DNA of 64,000 nt from assembly GCA_019634005.1 (NCBI GenBank), contig JAHQWD010000003.1:304539-368538 (forward strand). The letters run 5' to 3'. Below the pieces are notes generated by a model. That model worked only from the letters and a program-made list of their open reading frames with translations, was not told the origin of the DNA and did no database searches. Both the position numbers and the translations under genes were made by a program. Positions 8,096 to 21,215 of the stretch are shown here, piece after piece; position 1 is the first letter of the stretch; the number at the start of each line of letters is the position of its first letter. The DNA comes from Candidatus Kaiserbacteria bacterium (GTDB lineage Bacteria > Patescibacteriota > Minisyncoccia > Phycocordibacterales > UBA918).

Positions 8096-11043
8096 GAAGC
8101 ACTCCGTTCCTGTAATTTCTGTACGAGGAGTGCATACGCCGAATCTTCTTCACAGGGGAAGGAGAGAAATGCTCCTGTCGTGATTTCTTTGGCAACACGA
8201 ACAATCTCTTCTTTAAGTGCTTCAATCTCTTCGTCGGTTATTGTAAAAGCTTCTTCCTTGATCTCTCCTTTTGTATTTGGTTCCACAAAAGAGATAACTC
8301 CCTCTCGTGTTTTATATCGCTCATCATCATAGAGTGAGAGCATGAGTGCATAGAAGACCAACTGACGTTTATAGTCTCCATTTGAGTCTTTTGTTGTCCC
8401 CTCAATCTGTCCACGAGTCTTCGGCTTCCCTGTTTTATAGTCCACCACACGAAGAACATTCCCTTCTGAGTCAAAATCCAAACGATCCAGCTTTCCTGTA
8501 AGTTTTATCTTCATATCGTCAGCTTCAAGAAAGACGGATAGCGAGAACTCTTCCTTTGTCTCCACTCCTACACTCTGTTCCAGATGTGGAAGGTATACCG
8601 CAAATGTTTCCAGACCACGCTCCAAGAGCCGTGTGTATTCTTCTGTGGTAATGGGAAGTCTTCGCAGCTGTGTCTCAAGATATTTCTTCGCGTCAGAAAC
8701 CGAGAGGCTCTTTTCTTTGGTCAATCGCTCAAGAGCACCGTGCATTGCATTTCCATATTGCAGCGAAGCATTCATAACCTCAGGCACCCGAAGCATGTTG
8801 CGGTAGAGATACGTCCACGGAGAATCCAAATAGTTGTTAAGTGCTGTTGCAGAGAGGCCACGCTCATGGAAGAGATGCGCAAGAAACGCACTGTCTATAC
8901 CAGACACCTCTCCCTCTCCAAACCCTGCAAGTGGCTCGAAATCTCCCGCAATCTCTTGCGTCTCAACAGATACGTCATCAAGGAGTCGAGATGGGATAAG
9001 TGCCCTCCCCTCTGCGTTTGTCTCACTGTGAGAGAGTACAAGTCGCTTTCGCGCACGCGTCATTGCCACATAGAAAAGTCTCCGTTCATCATCAAGTGGG
9101 TCAAAATCCTCTTCGGGAACATACCGATTAAGTGGGATGGTGAAATATGACCGCTTCACCTTTCCGCCCCAATTGCTATCAACCAAGTGGGGTACGAAGA
9201 CATGATCAAACTCCCGCCCTTTTGATTTGTGTGCGGTAAGCACCTGCACAGCATGTGCCGCATCTCCAATATATGGTGCATTTAACGGCAGCCTGTACTC
9301 CTTCCGCTTCTCAAGAAGTGCAATCACTTCTTGAAGTGTCGATACCTCATCTCGTCTGACCAAGTCTTCGATCTCATCATAGAGACGTCGTACCACGCGG
9401 ACACCCTCAAATGGATCCTCTTCAATAACATAATCGAGGAAGCCACTCTCCTTGAGGAGGTATTCGAGTGTATGATGTGGTGCTTCTTTTGCAGTCCGCT
9501 GTCGCGTCTGTGCCAATACCGTCATAATGCGATGTGCGCCGTCGACATGTTCTACACCAATCTCACGGAGGATCTTCTCATCTCCGAGCACCTCAACAAG
9601 CGGTCGGTCATATCGGACCGCACCAAGAATTCGAAAGATATCGGTTGTAGTAAGTCCCCAATACGCGTCATGAAGAACGGTGCGGAGTGTGGTTGCGTCC
9701 TCTGGATGCATAACCGCACGAATGAGCGCAGTGACTGTCTGCGTTATTGGATGCGAGAGAATATCTCCATCGGAAGAAGGAGCAACCGCAATACCTTTCC
9801 GTCGAAGCACGAGCGCGAAATCTTCCACCTCTCGATTTGTTCGTACGATGACAGCAATTTCTTCTGGTGGTACTCCATCTTGTATCTGTGCTTCAATCTC
9901 TTTTGCTATGTGTTCATCTTCTACCACCTGATGCTCAAACGAACGTCGCTCGATATCTGCCTCCTCAGTATTACTGACCAATGGAATACGGAGATCTTTC
10001 AGTGGACCATCCTCCACCGCAACAAGATCATGTGCCACGTCCAAGATGCGCTGTCCTGATCGATAGTTCTCGGTAAGTGAGATAACATCCGTTCCAGAAA
10101 ACGCATCTTTGAAATATAAAAAGTTCTCAAGTGATGCTCCTTGGAAGCGGTAGATTGCCTGCTTCTCATCTCCCACCGCAAAGATGTTCGGACTCTCGTG
10201 GTATGACGCGAGTAATTCCAATATCCTGTTCTGACTTCCATTCACATCCTGATGCTCATCTGCAAGAATGTACTGGTATGTTTCTTGGAGATCCCGAAGC
10301 ATGTCCTCATTTTCTTCAAGTGCCGCAATGGTCTCGGTGATCATGTCATCAAAATCATAGAGACGCTCTGTGGTGAGCAATGCTTCATACGCACGGTAGA
10401 GTGCAAAGAGTTCCCGATTCTTAAGTAGCGATTTTTCTTTCTTAGTATATTCCCCACGCACCTTTCCTTTGTGTGCCCCCTTCTCGTGAATCTTCTCTGT
10501 ATTTTCAAGATCCTTCTCTTGTCTCTCGAGAATCTCTGCACAATCATCTGGAGTTATACCTTCTTTTTTAAGATGCTCTATCTCTCTCTGTATCGGCACC
10601 ACATAGTATGCAGGATTTCCCATTGGACGAAGGTGCTTCACACCCTCTGTCTCAAGCAGTGATTCAATGTATGCAATCTTTTCCAGGTCTCCCATAAGAC
10701 GCCCTCCAATAACCCTCGAGTATGCATCAGGGTATTCTCGAATGAGACGCTCTGCAAAGCTGTGGAAAGTGTAGATCGGCACACGATATGCCGAGGCGCC
10801 AATATAACTGTGCAGACGCTCCCGCATCGCCTGCGCTCCCGCATCGGTGAATGTAAGTGCGAGGATGTTCTCAGGATTGGTATCCGTGTTCTTGAGAATC
10901 TGCGCGATACGTAATGTGAGAATCTGCGTCTTTCCCGTTCCAGGTCCTGCAACCACCATTATCGGCCCCTCAACGCTGTCTACGGCCTGTTTTTGGGCTT
11001 TATTAAGCCTTGTATAGGCTGTCTCAAAGGGTGTCGTACTCAT
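8092..11043 (-). CDS. UvrD/PcrA-family helicase fused to a C-terminal PD-(D/E)XK nuclease
   Basis: AGPGTGKT, ADEHQD, VGDEKQAIYRFQGA, HKSKGREF and RRLFYVAMTRA, then C-terminal LSATALN...GKLDRLD...VVDYKTG...QLVFY. Confidence 0.93.
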   Translation of the reverse strand: MSTTPFETAYTRLNKAQKQAVDSVEGPIMVVAGPGTGKTQILTLRIAQILKNTDTNPENILALTFTDAGAQAMRERLHSYIGASAYRVPIYTFHSFAERLIREYPDAYSRVIGGRLMGDLEKIAYIESLLETEGVKHLRPMGNPAYYVVPIQREIEHLKKEGITPDDCAEILERQEKDLENTEKIHEKGAHKGKVRGEYTKKEKSLLKNRELFALYRAYEALLTTERLYDFDDMITETIAALEENEDMLRDLQETYQYILADEHQDVNGSQNRILELLASYHESPNIFAVGDEKQAIYRFQGASLENFLYFKDAFSGTDVISLTENYRSGQRILDVAHDLVAVEDGPLKDLRIPLVSNTEEADIERRSFEHQVVEDEHIAKEIEAQIQDGVPPEEIAVIVRTNREVEDFALVLRRKGIAVAPSSDGDILSHPITQTVTALIRAVMHPEDATTLRTVLHDAYWGLTTTDIFRILGAVRYDRPLVEVLGDEKILREIGVEHVDGAHRIMTVLAQTRQRTAKEAPHHTLEYLLKESGFLDYVIEEDPFEGVRVVRRLYDEIEDLVRRDEVSTLQEVIALLEKRKEYRLPLNAPYIGDAAHAVQVLTAHKSKGREFDHVFVPHLVDSNWGGKVKRSYFTIPLNRYVPEEDFDPLDDERRLFYVAMTRARKRLVLSHSETNAEGRALIPSRLLDDVSVETQEIAGDFEPLAGFGEGEVSGIDSAFLAHLFHERGLSATALNNYLDSPWTYLYRNMLRVPEVMNASLQYGNAMHGALERLTKEKSLSVSDAKKYLETQLRRLPITTEEYTRLLERGLETFAVYLPHLEQSVGVETKEEFSLSVFLEADDMKIKLTGKLDRLDFDSEGNVLRVVDYKTGKPKTRGQIEGTTKDSNGDYKRQLVFYALMLSLYDDERYKTREGVISFVEPNTKGEIKEEAFTITDEEIEALKEEIVRVAKEITTGAFLSFPCEEDSAYALLVQKLQERSAS

Positions 11044-11132
11044 ATAGAGGTCATTATACCGCACGTGCGTAAAAACACTTGCAATCCCCCCTCAAGCAGA
11101 GTACAGTAGTGGCTCAACGGATCCGAAACGGT

Positions 11133-13211
11133 ATGCTCACGACAGAATCACTGCTCGCAGCACTCATGATGTTGGTAATCGCTAGCGCGACCTTTTTCAT
11201 TGCAAAACGTGTGCGACTTCCTTACACCGCTCTCCTTGCCTTCGTTGGAATGGCACTCGCACCAGTCTCACTCCATGTCCCGCTCTTTAGCTTCATGCGA
11301 GACTTTGTGCTCACCCCAGAGCTTCTCTTCTACGTGTTCCTTCCGACGCTCATCTTTGAGTCCGCATACAACATAGACGTACGACGACTCTCAAGAGACC
11401 TGCCCGTCATTGCCTCTCTCGCAATTGTCTCCCTTCTCATTTCCACCTTCCTTATCGCAGGAGCACTCTACTTCGTACTTGATCTCATTGGATTCTCTAT
11501 TCCATTTACACTTGCACTTCTCTTCGGAACTCTTATCTCTGCGACAGACCCAGTTGCAGTACTTGCGCTCTTTAAAGAATACGGTGCCCCACGACGACTC
11601 TCTCTCATCTTTGAAGGAGAGTCTCTTTTTAATGATGGTACCGCTGTAGCGCTCTTCCTTATTGTGCTTGGTGTCATCCTGAATGGGTACCATGGATTTG
11701 CCACCATTGAGACTGGTGTTACCGCCTTTCTCATGATGGTTATCGGAGGTGCATTCTTGGGACTCTTCTTTGGGTGGCTCTTTGCAAACATCATCGGATT
11801 CACGAAACAGAACGAGTCTGTCTCTATCACGCTCACTATTGTGATGGCACACCTTACGTTTCTCCTCACCGATCTAGTGGCACATCATCTCAGTTGGAAT
11901 GGACATCCGCTCCACCTCTCCGCAATCATCTCCACTTCTGTCGCATCAATCGTTATGGGTAACTATGGACGATACAAGATCAGTGTTCGGGCAGAGGCAT
12001 TCGTGGAGAAGTTCTGGGAGCAGCTCGCATTTATCTCAAACTCTATTGTCTTTATTCTTATCGGACTCCTCTTTGCAGAACTGCCAACAAACACCAACCA
12101 TTTCTGGATGATTATTCTCTCCACTATTGTCATCGTGGCCATTGCACGTGCCCTCTCTATCTACCCTGTTATGGCCACACTGAACTTCTTTCTCACCGAG
12201 AAGATTCCTCGTACGTGGCAACACCTTATGGCGTGGGGAAGCCTTCGTGGAGCACTTGCCGTCACCATGGTACTCCTTATTCCAGATACACTTTCCTTCC
12301 CTGGTTGGGAATATGCCATAACACCAAAAGAGTTCATTCTCACCATCACCATCGGCTGTGTCTTCACCACTCTCTTCCTGAAAGCAACTACTATTGGCTC
12401 TCTTATGAAGAAACTCAAGATCGATACCCTTCGTCCTCTTGAGGCACTCCAGTACGAGGAGGCACGAGCGCTTGTAGAGCATACGGTCCTTGAGCGTCTG
12501 AACAAGTTTGCAAAGAAGAACTACATTGATACCGCTACATTTGAAGCGCTTCACAAGAAGCACGGAGAGCGCTACATGGAAGCCTGTACCGAGTGTGCAG
12601 AACATGCAGATCTTCTTGCGGAGAGTGCGCTTCGCCTTCATGCAATTGGTATCGAACGGTTCCACCTAAAGAAACTCTACCAGTACGGAGAGGTGAGTGA
12701 AAAAAGTGTGAAGCGTATCATGAACAAACTTGCAGTACAGAGCGAGTACCTCGACGAGGGGAACATGAATGTCCCCGAGACGTCAACATATGCAGAAAAA
12801 GACCTGTTCGGAAAACTCACTGGCTCAATGAAAGATCTCCTCTATACTCCGACAGCAGAAGAGGCTGCAGTCGAGAATTACACATACTATCGCGCACAAT
12901 CCATCATCGCGCGTAAGGTACTAAAAGAGCTGGATGCCATTGAAACTAAGGGAGAGTCTCGGGTATTTTCTCTTGACGCGCTTGAGAAGACACGTGTTGC
13001 ATATCGTAAGTTCCGTGATGGCTCTACCGCAAAAATGGAGGCAGTCGCAAAGAAATATCCGTCGCTTATATCAGAGACGAACCGACAACTTGCAGAACGA
13101 GGGCTCTTTAAGGTCGAAGAGACTGTGCTTGATGACCTCTTTGAGAAAGAGTTTATTACCCCGAAGATTTACATTACATTGCGGAATCAATTTGAAGAGG
13201 AGGCTGTGTAG
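11133..13211 (+). CDS. CPA1-family Na+/H+ antiporter (NhaP-like) with long cytoplasmic C-terminus
   Basis: FLPTLIFESA, ISATDPVAV, EGESLFNDGT and WGSLRGAL. Confidence 0.92.
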   Translation: MLTTESLLAALMMLVIASATFFIAKRVRLPYTALLAFVGMALAPVSLHVPLFSFMRDFVLTPELLFYVFLPTLIFESAYNIDVRRLSRDLPVIASLAIVSLLISTFLIAGALYFVLDLIGFSIPFTLALLFGTLISATDPVAVLALFKEYGAPRRLSLIFEGESLFNDGTAVALFLIVLGVILNGYHGFATIETGVTAFLMMVIGGAFLGLFFGWLFANIIGFTKQNESVSITLTIVMAHLTFLLTDLVAHHLSWNGHPLHLSAIISTSVASIVMGNYGRYKISVRAEAFVEKFWEQLAFISNSIVFILIGLLFAELPTNTNHFWMIILSTIVIVAIARALSIYPVMATLNFFLTEKIPRTWQHLMAWGSLRGALAVTMVLLIPDTLSFPGWEYAITPKEFILTITIGCVFTTLFLKATTIGSLMKKLKIDTLRPLEALQYEEARALVEHTVLERLNKFAKKNYIDTATFEALHKKHGERYMEACTECAEHADLLAESALRLHAIGIERFHLKKLYQYGEVSEKSVKRIMNKLAVQSEYLDEGNMNVPETSTYAEKDLFGKLTGSMKDLLYTPTAEEAAVENYTYYRAQSIIARKVLKELDAIETKGESRVFSLDALEKTRVAYRKFRDGSTAKMEAVAKKYPSLISETNRQLAERGLFKVEETVLDDLFEKEFITPKIYITLRNQFEEEAV

Positions 13212-13223
13212 TATACTGTCCAT

Positions 13224-13583
13224 ATGAAAGTCATATTTGTTGCAGGACCGTTTCGAGGAGATGGAAGCAGAGAAGCAAGAGAAGGAAACTTAGAGAAAGC
13301 ACGCCAGTATATTCGTCGCTTTGTAGAAAAGGAGATCCCCTATTATTCTCCTCACATGAACACAAGTACAACCACCATAGACTTTGAAGGGAGAGATCCT
13401 TTTGCGACAGCGCTGAATCACCAGTTCCTTGATTACTGTGACGCACTGGCGGTGCTCCCAGGGTGGAAGGACTCATCAGGTACCCAGGAAGAGATTACGC
13501 GAGCAGAAGAACAAGGAAAGAGAATATTCTACCTTGAAGAAGCGGATGCTTTTGAGGCAATGAAGAAATACCTAAAAGACTAA
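13224..13583 (+). CDS. DUF4406/DUF1937-like (nucleoside 2-deoxyribosyltransferase fold) protein
   Basis: IFVAGPF...YSPH...CDALAVLPGWKDSSGTQEEI pattern. Confidence 0.7.
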   Translation: MKVIFVAGPFRGDGSREAREGNLEKARQYIRRFVEKEIPYYSPHMNTSTTTIDFEGRDPFATALNHQFLDYCDALAVLPGWKDSSGTQEEITRAEEQGKRIFYLEEADAFEAMKKYLKD

Positions 13584-13586
13584 CTC

Positions 13587-14159
13587 ATGGAAATAGAATA
13601 CGAAGCAACATTTAAAAACATTAATAAAGATGGAATTCGTCAACAACTCAAATCTGTCGGAGCATCTTTAATACGTCCCGAGTTTCTACAGAGACGTGTA
13701 CCTCTACATATTCCAAACAGACAACCTTCGGATAACACATGGGTACGAGTTCGTGATGAAGGAGACAAAGTAACCATGAGCGTGAAAACTGTATCCGGTG
13801 ACAAAATTGAAGATCAAAAGGAAACTTGTATCACGGTAAATAGCTTTGATGATGCGTTATCATTACTTGAAGAAATTGGTTGTAAACCAAAGTCATACCA
13901 AGAAAATAAACGAGAACTCTGGAAAATAGATTCTGTTGAAATAACTATTGATGAATGGCCTTTCCTTGAACCTTTTGTGGAGATTGAGGGACCTTCTGAA
14001 GAAGCGGTGCGTACAGTATCCGAACAACTTGGATTCAATTATGATGAAGCTCTGTTCTGCTCCGTAACCACCTTGTACGAAAAGAAGTATGGCGTCTCGC
14101 AAAAAGAAATAAACGAAACTGAAAAAATTACCTTCGATATAGAAAACCCATTCTCATAA
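13587..14159 (+). CDS. CYTH domain protein (triphosphate tunnel metalloenzyme)
   Basis: EIEYEATF, WVRVRDEG, QENKRELW and FVEIEG. Noticeably AT-rich. Confidence 0.85.
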   Translation: MEIEYEATFKNINKDGIRQQLKSVGASLIRPEFLQRRVPLHIPNRQPSDNTWVRVRDEGDKVTMSVKTVSGDKIEDQKETCITVNSFDDALSLLEEIGCKPKSYQENKRELWKIDSVEITIDEWPFLEPFVEIEGPSEEAVRTVSEQLGFNYDEALFCSVTTLYEKKYGVSQKEINETEKITFDIENPFS

Positions 14160-14190
14160 CAAAAGACCTCCCGTAAGGAGGTCTTTTGTT
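14158..14190. terminator. Bidirectional intrinsic terminator
   Basis: AACAAAAGACCTCC-CGTAA-GGAGGTCTTTTGTT between the convergent CYTH gene and rpoD. Confidence 0.8.
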
Positions 14191-15473
14191 TAATATGATT
14201 TCAGCCGTCGTGCTTTCTCATGCTGGCGAATCTTCTCAAGTGCCTTTGCTTCAATCTGACGGATACGCTCGCGGGTTACCCCGAACTCCTTTCCAACCTC
14301 CTCAAGGGTGTGGTACGTACCATCAACAAGCCCATGACGCATCTCGAGAATCTTTCGCTCCTTCTCTGAGAGTGTATCAAGAATCTCCCCCATCTGATCT
14401 GCGAGGATACGATGCGACACCTCTTGATCTGGAGACGTGATCTTGTCGTCTGCAATGAAGTCCGCAAGACGTGATCGATCATCGTCATCTCCGACAGGAA
14501 GCTCTAGAGAAATGGTGTCCTGACTGATCTTCTCAATCTGATAGATCTTCTCAACCTCTACATTCATCTCTGTTGCGATCTCTTCAGGCATTGGGTCTCG
14601 TCCAAGGTCTTGTGCAAGACGTCGTGAGACCTGCTTGTATTTCGCCATAGTCTCCACCATGTGTACGGGAATACGAATCGTACGAGACTGGTCCGCAAGC
14701 GCACGAGTGATTGCCTGACGAATCCACCATGTTGCATACGTGGAAAACTTGAATCCTTTCGTATAGTCAAACTTGTCTACCGCCTTAAAGAGTCCAAGAT
14801 TTCCTTCTTGGATAAGGTCGAGCAGTGTAAGGTCTGGACTCCGCCCCACATATTTCTTCGCAATAGATACCACTAGACGGAGGTTTGCACGTGCAAGAAG
14901 ATTACGAGCCTCCTCATCGTCTTCAACAATACGCTTTGCAAGATCCCGCTCTTCTTGGGCGGTCAAAAGTGGGTACTGCCCGATCTCTCGGAGATACATC
15001 TGAATAGAATCGTATCCACTATCTGAGCGCTTATAGACATTCTTCTTCTCAAGAAGATCTCCGCCTGCGGTCTCTCCAAGCATGCCGCCAGACTCGAGCA
15101 CATCGATACTTGCAGTCGCAAACTTCTCATAGAGCTCCTCAAGGAAATCCACATCTTTCTCAATGCGGGGATATGCCTTTAGGATCTCATCATAGGTCAC
15201 ATACCCACGAGCACGCCCCTCCTCAAGCAAAGCTTCCGCCTTATCTTCAAGCGCCTTTTGCGCTTTTGAGGTACGTTTTCGAGCCACCTTTTTGGTAGCT
15301 TTTTTCTTGGTAGTCTTTTTAGTTGTCTTCTTTGCTACCTTCTTGGTAGTCTTCTTCGTAGTTTTTTTGGCAGTTGTTTTTTTAGCTTTCTTCGCTACTT
15401 TTTTTGTTGCCTTTCTTGCGACTTTTTTTGTCGTTTTCTTTGCCCTTTTTTTTGTTGCCTTCTTCGAAGCCAT
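14190..15473 (-). CDS. rpoD: Primary RNA polymerase sigma factor with Lys-rich N-terminal extension
   Basis: [48 protein letters not shown] and [24 protein letters not shown]. Downstream of dnaG. Confidence 0.96.
   Translation of the reverse strand: MASKKATKKRAKKTTKKVARKATKKVAKKAKKTTAKKTTKKTTKKVAKKTTKKTTKKKATKKVARKRTSKAQKALEDKAEALLEEGRARGYVTYDEILKAYPRIEKDVDFLEELYEKFATASIDVLESGGMLGETAGGDLLEKKNVYKRSDSGYDSIQMYLREIGQYPLLTAQEERDLAKRIVEDDEEARNLLARANLRLVVSIAKKYVGRSPDLTLLDLIQEGNLGLFKAVDKFDYTKGFKFSTYATWWIRQAITRALADQSRTIRIPVHMVETMAKYKQVSRRLAQDLGRDPMPEEIATEMNVEVEKIYQIEKISQDTISLELPVGDDDDRSRLADFIADDKITSPDQEVSHRILADQMGEILDTLSEKERKILEMRHGLVDGTYHTLEEVGKEFGVTRERIRQIEAKALEKIRQHEKARRLKSY
15260..15470 (-). repeat. 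Low-complexity KKT/KKV/KKA repeats (histone H1-like) in the RpoD N-terminus
   Basis: Encodes [51 protein letters not shown]... Confidence 0.85.
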
Positions 15474-15507
15474 GTGACCCATACTATACCCTAAAACAGA
15501 GAAAAAT

Positions 15508-17214
15508 CTAGAGGATCACTGTTGTATCCAGTGCACTTTGGAAAGACTGCATCTGCTGTAAAAGCGCTTCTACTTTCTTCATATCCCCCGCTCGTTCTGC
15601 AGTCTGGAGCTCTTTTTTAAACTCTGCAATACGTTTTTTGGCGGTGCGAAGTGATAATTCCGTTAGTTTTTCGCCAAACTCTTCCCGCACCTCCCGTTCT
15701 GAATAATTCGCAAGCTGATCCTCAAGCGCAAACGCAAGTTTATTCCCTTTTTCTTTGTCTATATCCATATCTTCTCCGAGAATAGTCTTCAGTTTTTCTT
15801 TCACGAGTGCTCCAAGATCCTTATGTTCCCCACGCATGAGAATATCTGCTCCTACAGAAAGGAATGCAGCAACCTCATCATATCGGACGCCTTCATGTAT
15901 CTCCTTCTGAGACTCTTTCTCTGAGACAGGCTCTTCTGTACGATCTATTTTCTCAGCGAATCGTTCCACCTCATAGTGAACTCCGTCTTTGGTAGTGTCT
16001 AGTCGCTCTGCAATGACTTTCTCAAAGTGTTCTCGGTCTATCTTATTTGGCATACGTGCCAAAAGCGGAAGCACTTCTTCACGTACACGCAATTTATACG
16101 CACGCTCATCCTTTGATTCTTTCTCCAGCACATTGAGAAGAAACTCTACAACATGTACCGCCTTCCCTACCACATGCTTAAACTCCTTTGCATCTTCTTT
16201 GATGATGTCGGCAGGATCCTTTCCTTCGGGCATCTCTACCACCTTAATATCCATACCACGAGAAAGCATCATCTCTGCTGCTCTGTTTGCAGCTGCTATT
16301 CCTGCACGATCAGAGTCCAGTGCCAGTACCACCCTATTAGAAAGTCTCTCTAATAGGTCTATATGGTGAGACGTCAGTGCAGTCCCTGATACCGCAACCG
16401 TGTTTCCATAGCCCGCTTGATGCGCAAGCACTACATCAAACTGCCCTTCGGTGATAAGGGAGAAATCTAATCTCCGTATTCCCTGCTTTGCCTTGTCATA
16501 TCCAAAGAGAATATCAGACTTCTGATACAGCTCCGTCTCTGGAGAGTTTACATACTTTGGTATCTCCTTATCTTTTGAGAGCGTCCGTCCAGAAAATGCC
16601 ACTACACGTCCAGAGGTGTCCCAAATTGGGAACATGATGCGATTTCGAAATACATCGTATGGTTCCTTACCTCCATCTGCTTTCTTGATAAGCCCAGTCC
16701 GTAGCATCTGTGCATCGGTATACCCCTTCTCTGTAAGGTGACTTCGGAGAGAACGCCACTCATCTGGAGCATAGCCAATACGCCACGTATGAAGTGTTTT
16801 TCCATCAACGCCACGTCCGAGAATATAATCTTGTGCTGGTTTATGAAGTGTCCCCTGCTTAAAGAAAAATGCTGTCGCTTCTTCGATCAGTGCGTACTGT
16901 GTATCTCGCTCCGTCCGTTTCTTTGGATCCTCCCTCACAATCTCCACTCCTGCTTTATCCGCAAGAATCTTAAGCGCTCCTTTAAAGTCTACCCCCTCCA
17001 TCTTCTCTATAAAGGTAAAAATATCTCCTCCTTGGTTTGAAGAGAAGCAATAGTACATACCCCTATCTGGGGATACATAGAAAGACGGTGTTTTTTCATT
17101 GGTGAACGGAGATTTTCCTTTATAATTTTTTCCCGCTTTCTGGAGCTCTACATAGGGCGCTACTACGTCAAAAATAGAGAGTCTTTCCTTGATTTTCTGT
17201 ACCGTATCGCTCAT
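15508..17214 (-). CDS. dnaG: DNA primase
   Basis: [10 protein letters not shown] zinc-domain remnant, [18 protein letters not shown] and TOPRIM EGQFDV...DSDRAG. Confidence 0.96.
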   Translation of the reverse strand: MSDTVQKIKERLSIFDVVAPYVELQKAGKNYKGKSPFTNEKTPSFYVSPDRGMYYCFSSNQGGDIFTFIEKMEGVDFKGALKILADKAGVEIVREDPKKRTERDTQYALIEEATAFFFKQGTLHKPAQDYILGRGVDGKTLHTWRIGYAPDEWRSLRSHLTEKGYTDAQMLRTGLIKKADGGKEPYDVFRNRIMFPIWDTSGRVVAFSGRTLSKDKEIPKYVNSPETELYQKSDILFGYDKAKQGIRRLDFSLITEGQFDVVLAHQAGYGNTVAVSGTALTSHHIDLLERLSNRVVLALDSDRAGIAAANRAAEMMLSRGMDIKVVEMPEGKDPADIIKEDAKEFKHVVGKAVHVVEFLLNVLEKESKDERAYKLRVREEVLPLLARMPNKIDREHFEKVIAERLDTTKDGVHYEVERFAEKIDRTEEPVSEKESQKEIHEGVRYDEVAAFLSVGADILMRGEHKDLGALVKEKLKTILGEDMDIDKEKGNKLAFALEDQLANYSEREVREEFGEKLTELSLRTAKKRIAEFKKELQTAERAGDMKKVEALLQQMQSFQSALDTTVIL

Positions 17215-17240
17215 ACGTGCATACAGTATACCGTATCTAT

Positions 17241-17466
17241 AAAAAATAGCCCTTCGCGCAATGCGAAGGGCCGAGTCCTCTTCAGGGGCAGTTCTAAAAA
17301 TGTACTAAATAGGGGTCCCTCGGGTTGGTAAGGTCCGAAGGACCCCAAAGACTCCCTAAGAAGGTCAAAGACGAGCCCGGCGGGCCAATTCGGCGGGAAC
17401 TCTGCCTCTTGATCGGAAGCCACCAGACCTCAGTCCCTGGGGCGTCGGACAGAAGGATCAGGCTGG
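17241..17466 (-). ncRNA. Putative structured non-coding RNA (~225 nt), family unknown
   Basis: GC-rich intergenic block with an extended -10 (TGTTATATT, 17471-17479 on minus), several complementary stems and a terminator GCCCTTCGC/GCGAAGGGC followed by a T-tract. Confidence 0.5.
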
Positions 17467-17490
17467 AAAGAATATAACACTTCATACATA

Positions 17491-17530
17491 AAAACACAAG
17501 ACCCGCGATTAATCGCGGGTCTTGTGTTTT
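17491..17530. terminator. rpoBC terminator (perfect 40-bp palindrome)
   Basis: AAAACACAAGACCCGCGATT-AATCGCGGGTCTTGTGTTTT, 8 nt after the rpoC stop. Confidence 0.85.
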
Positions 17531-17538
17531 ACATGGTC

Positions 17539-21192
<3,654 letters not shown>

Positions 21193-21215
21193 AGTGATTT
21201 CTTAAAGACGAATAA

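Noticed and set aside
17211-17497. ORFs 17211-17423 and 17294-17497 as proteins
   Set aside because: They have no recognisable features, and the first runs through a terminator into dnaG. The region is better explained as a structured RNA, although a peptide is not excluded.
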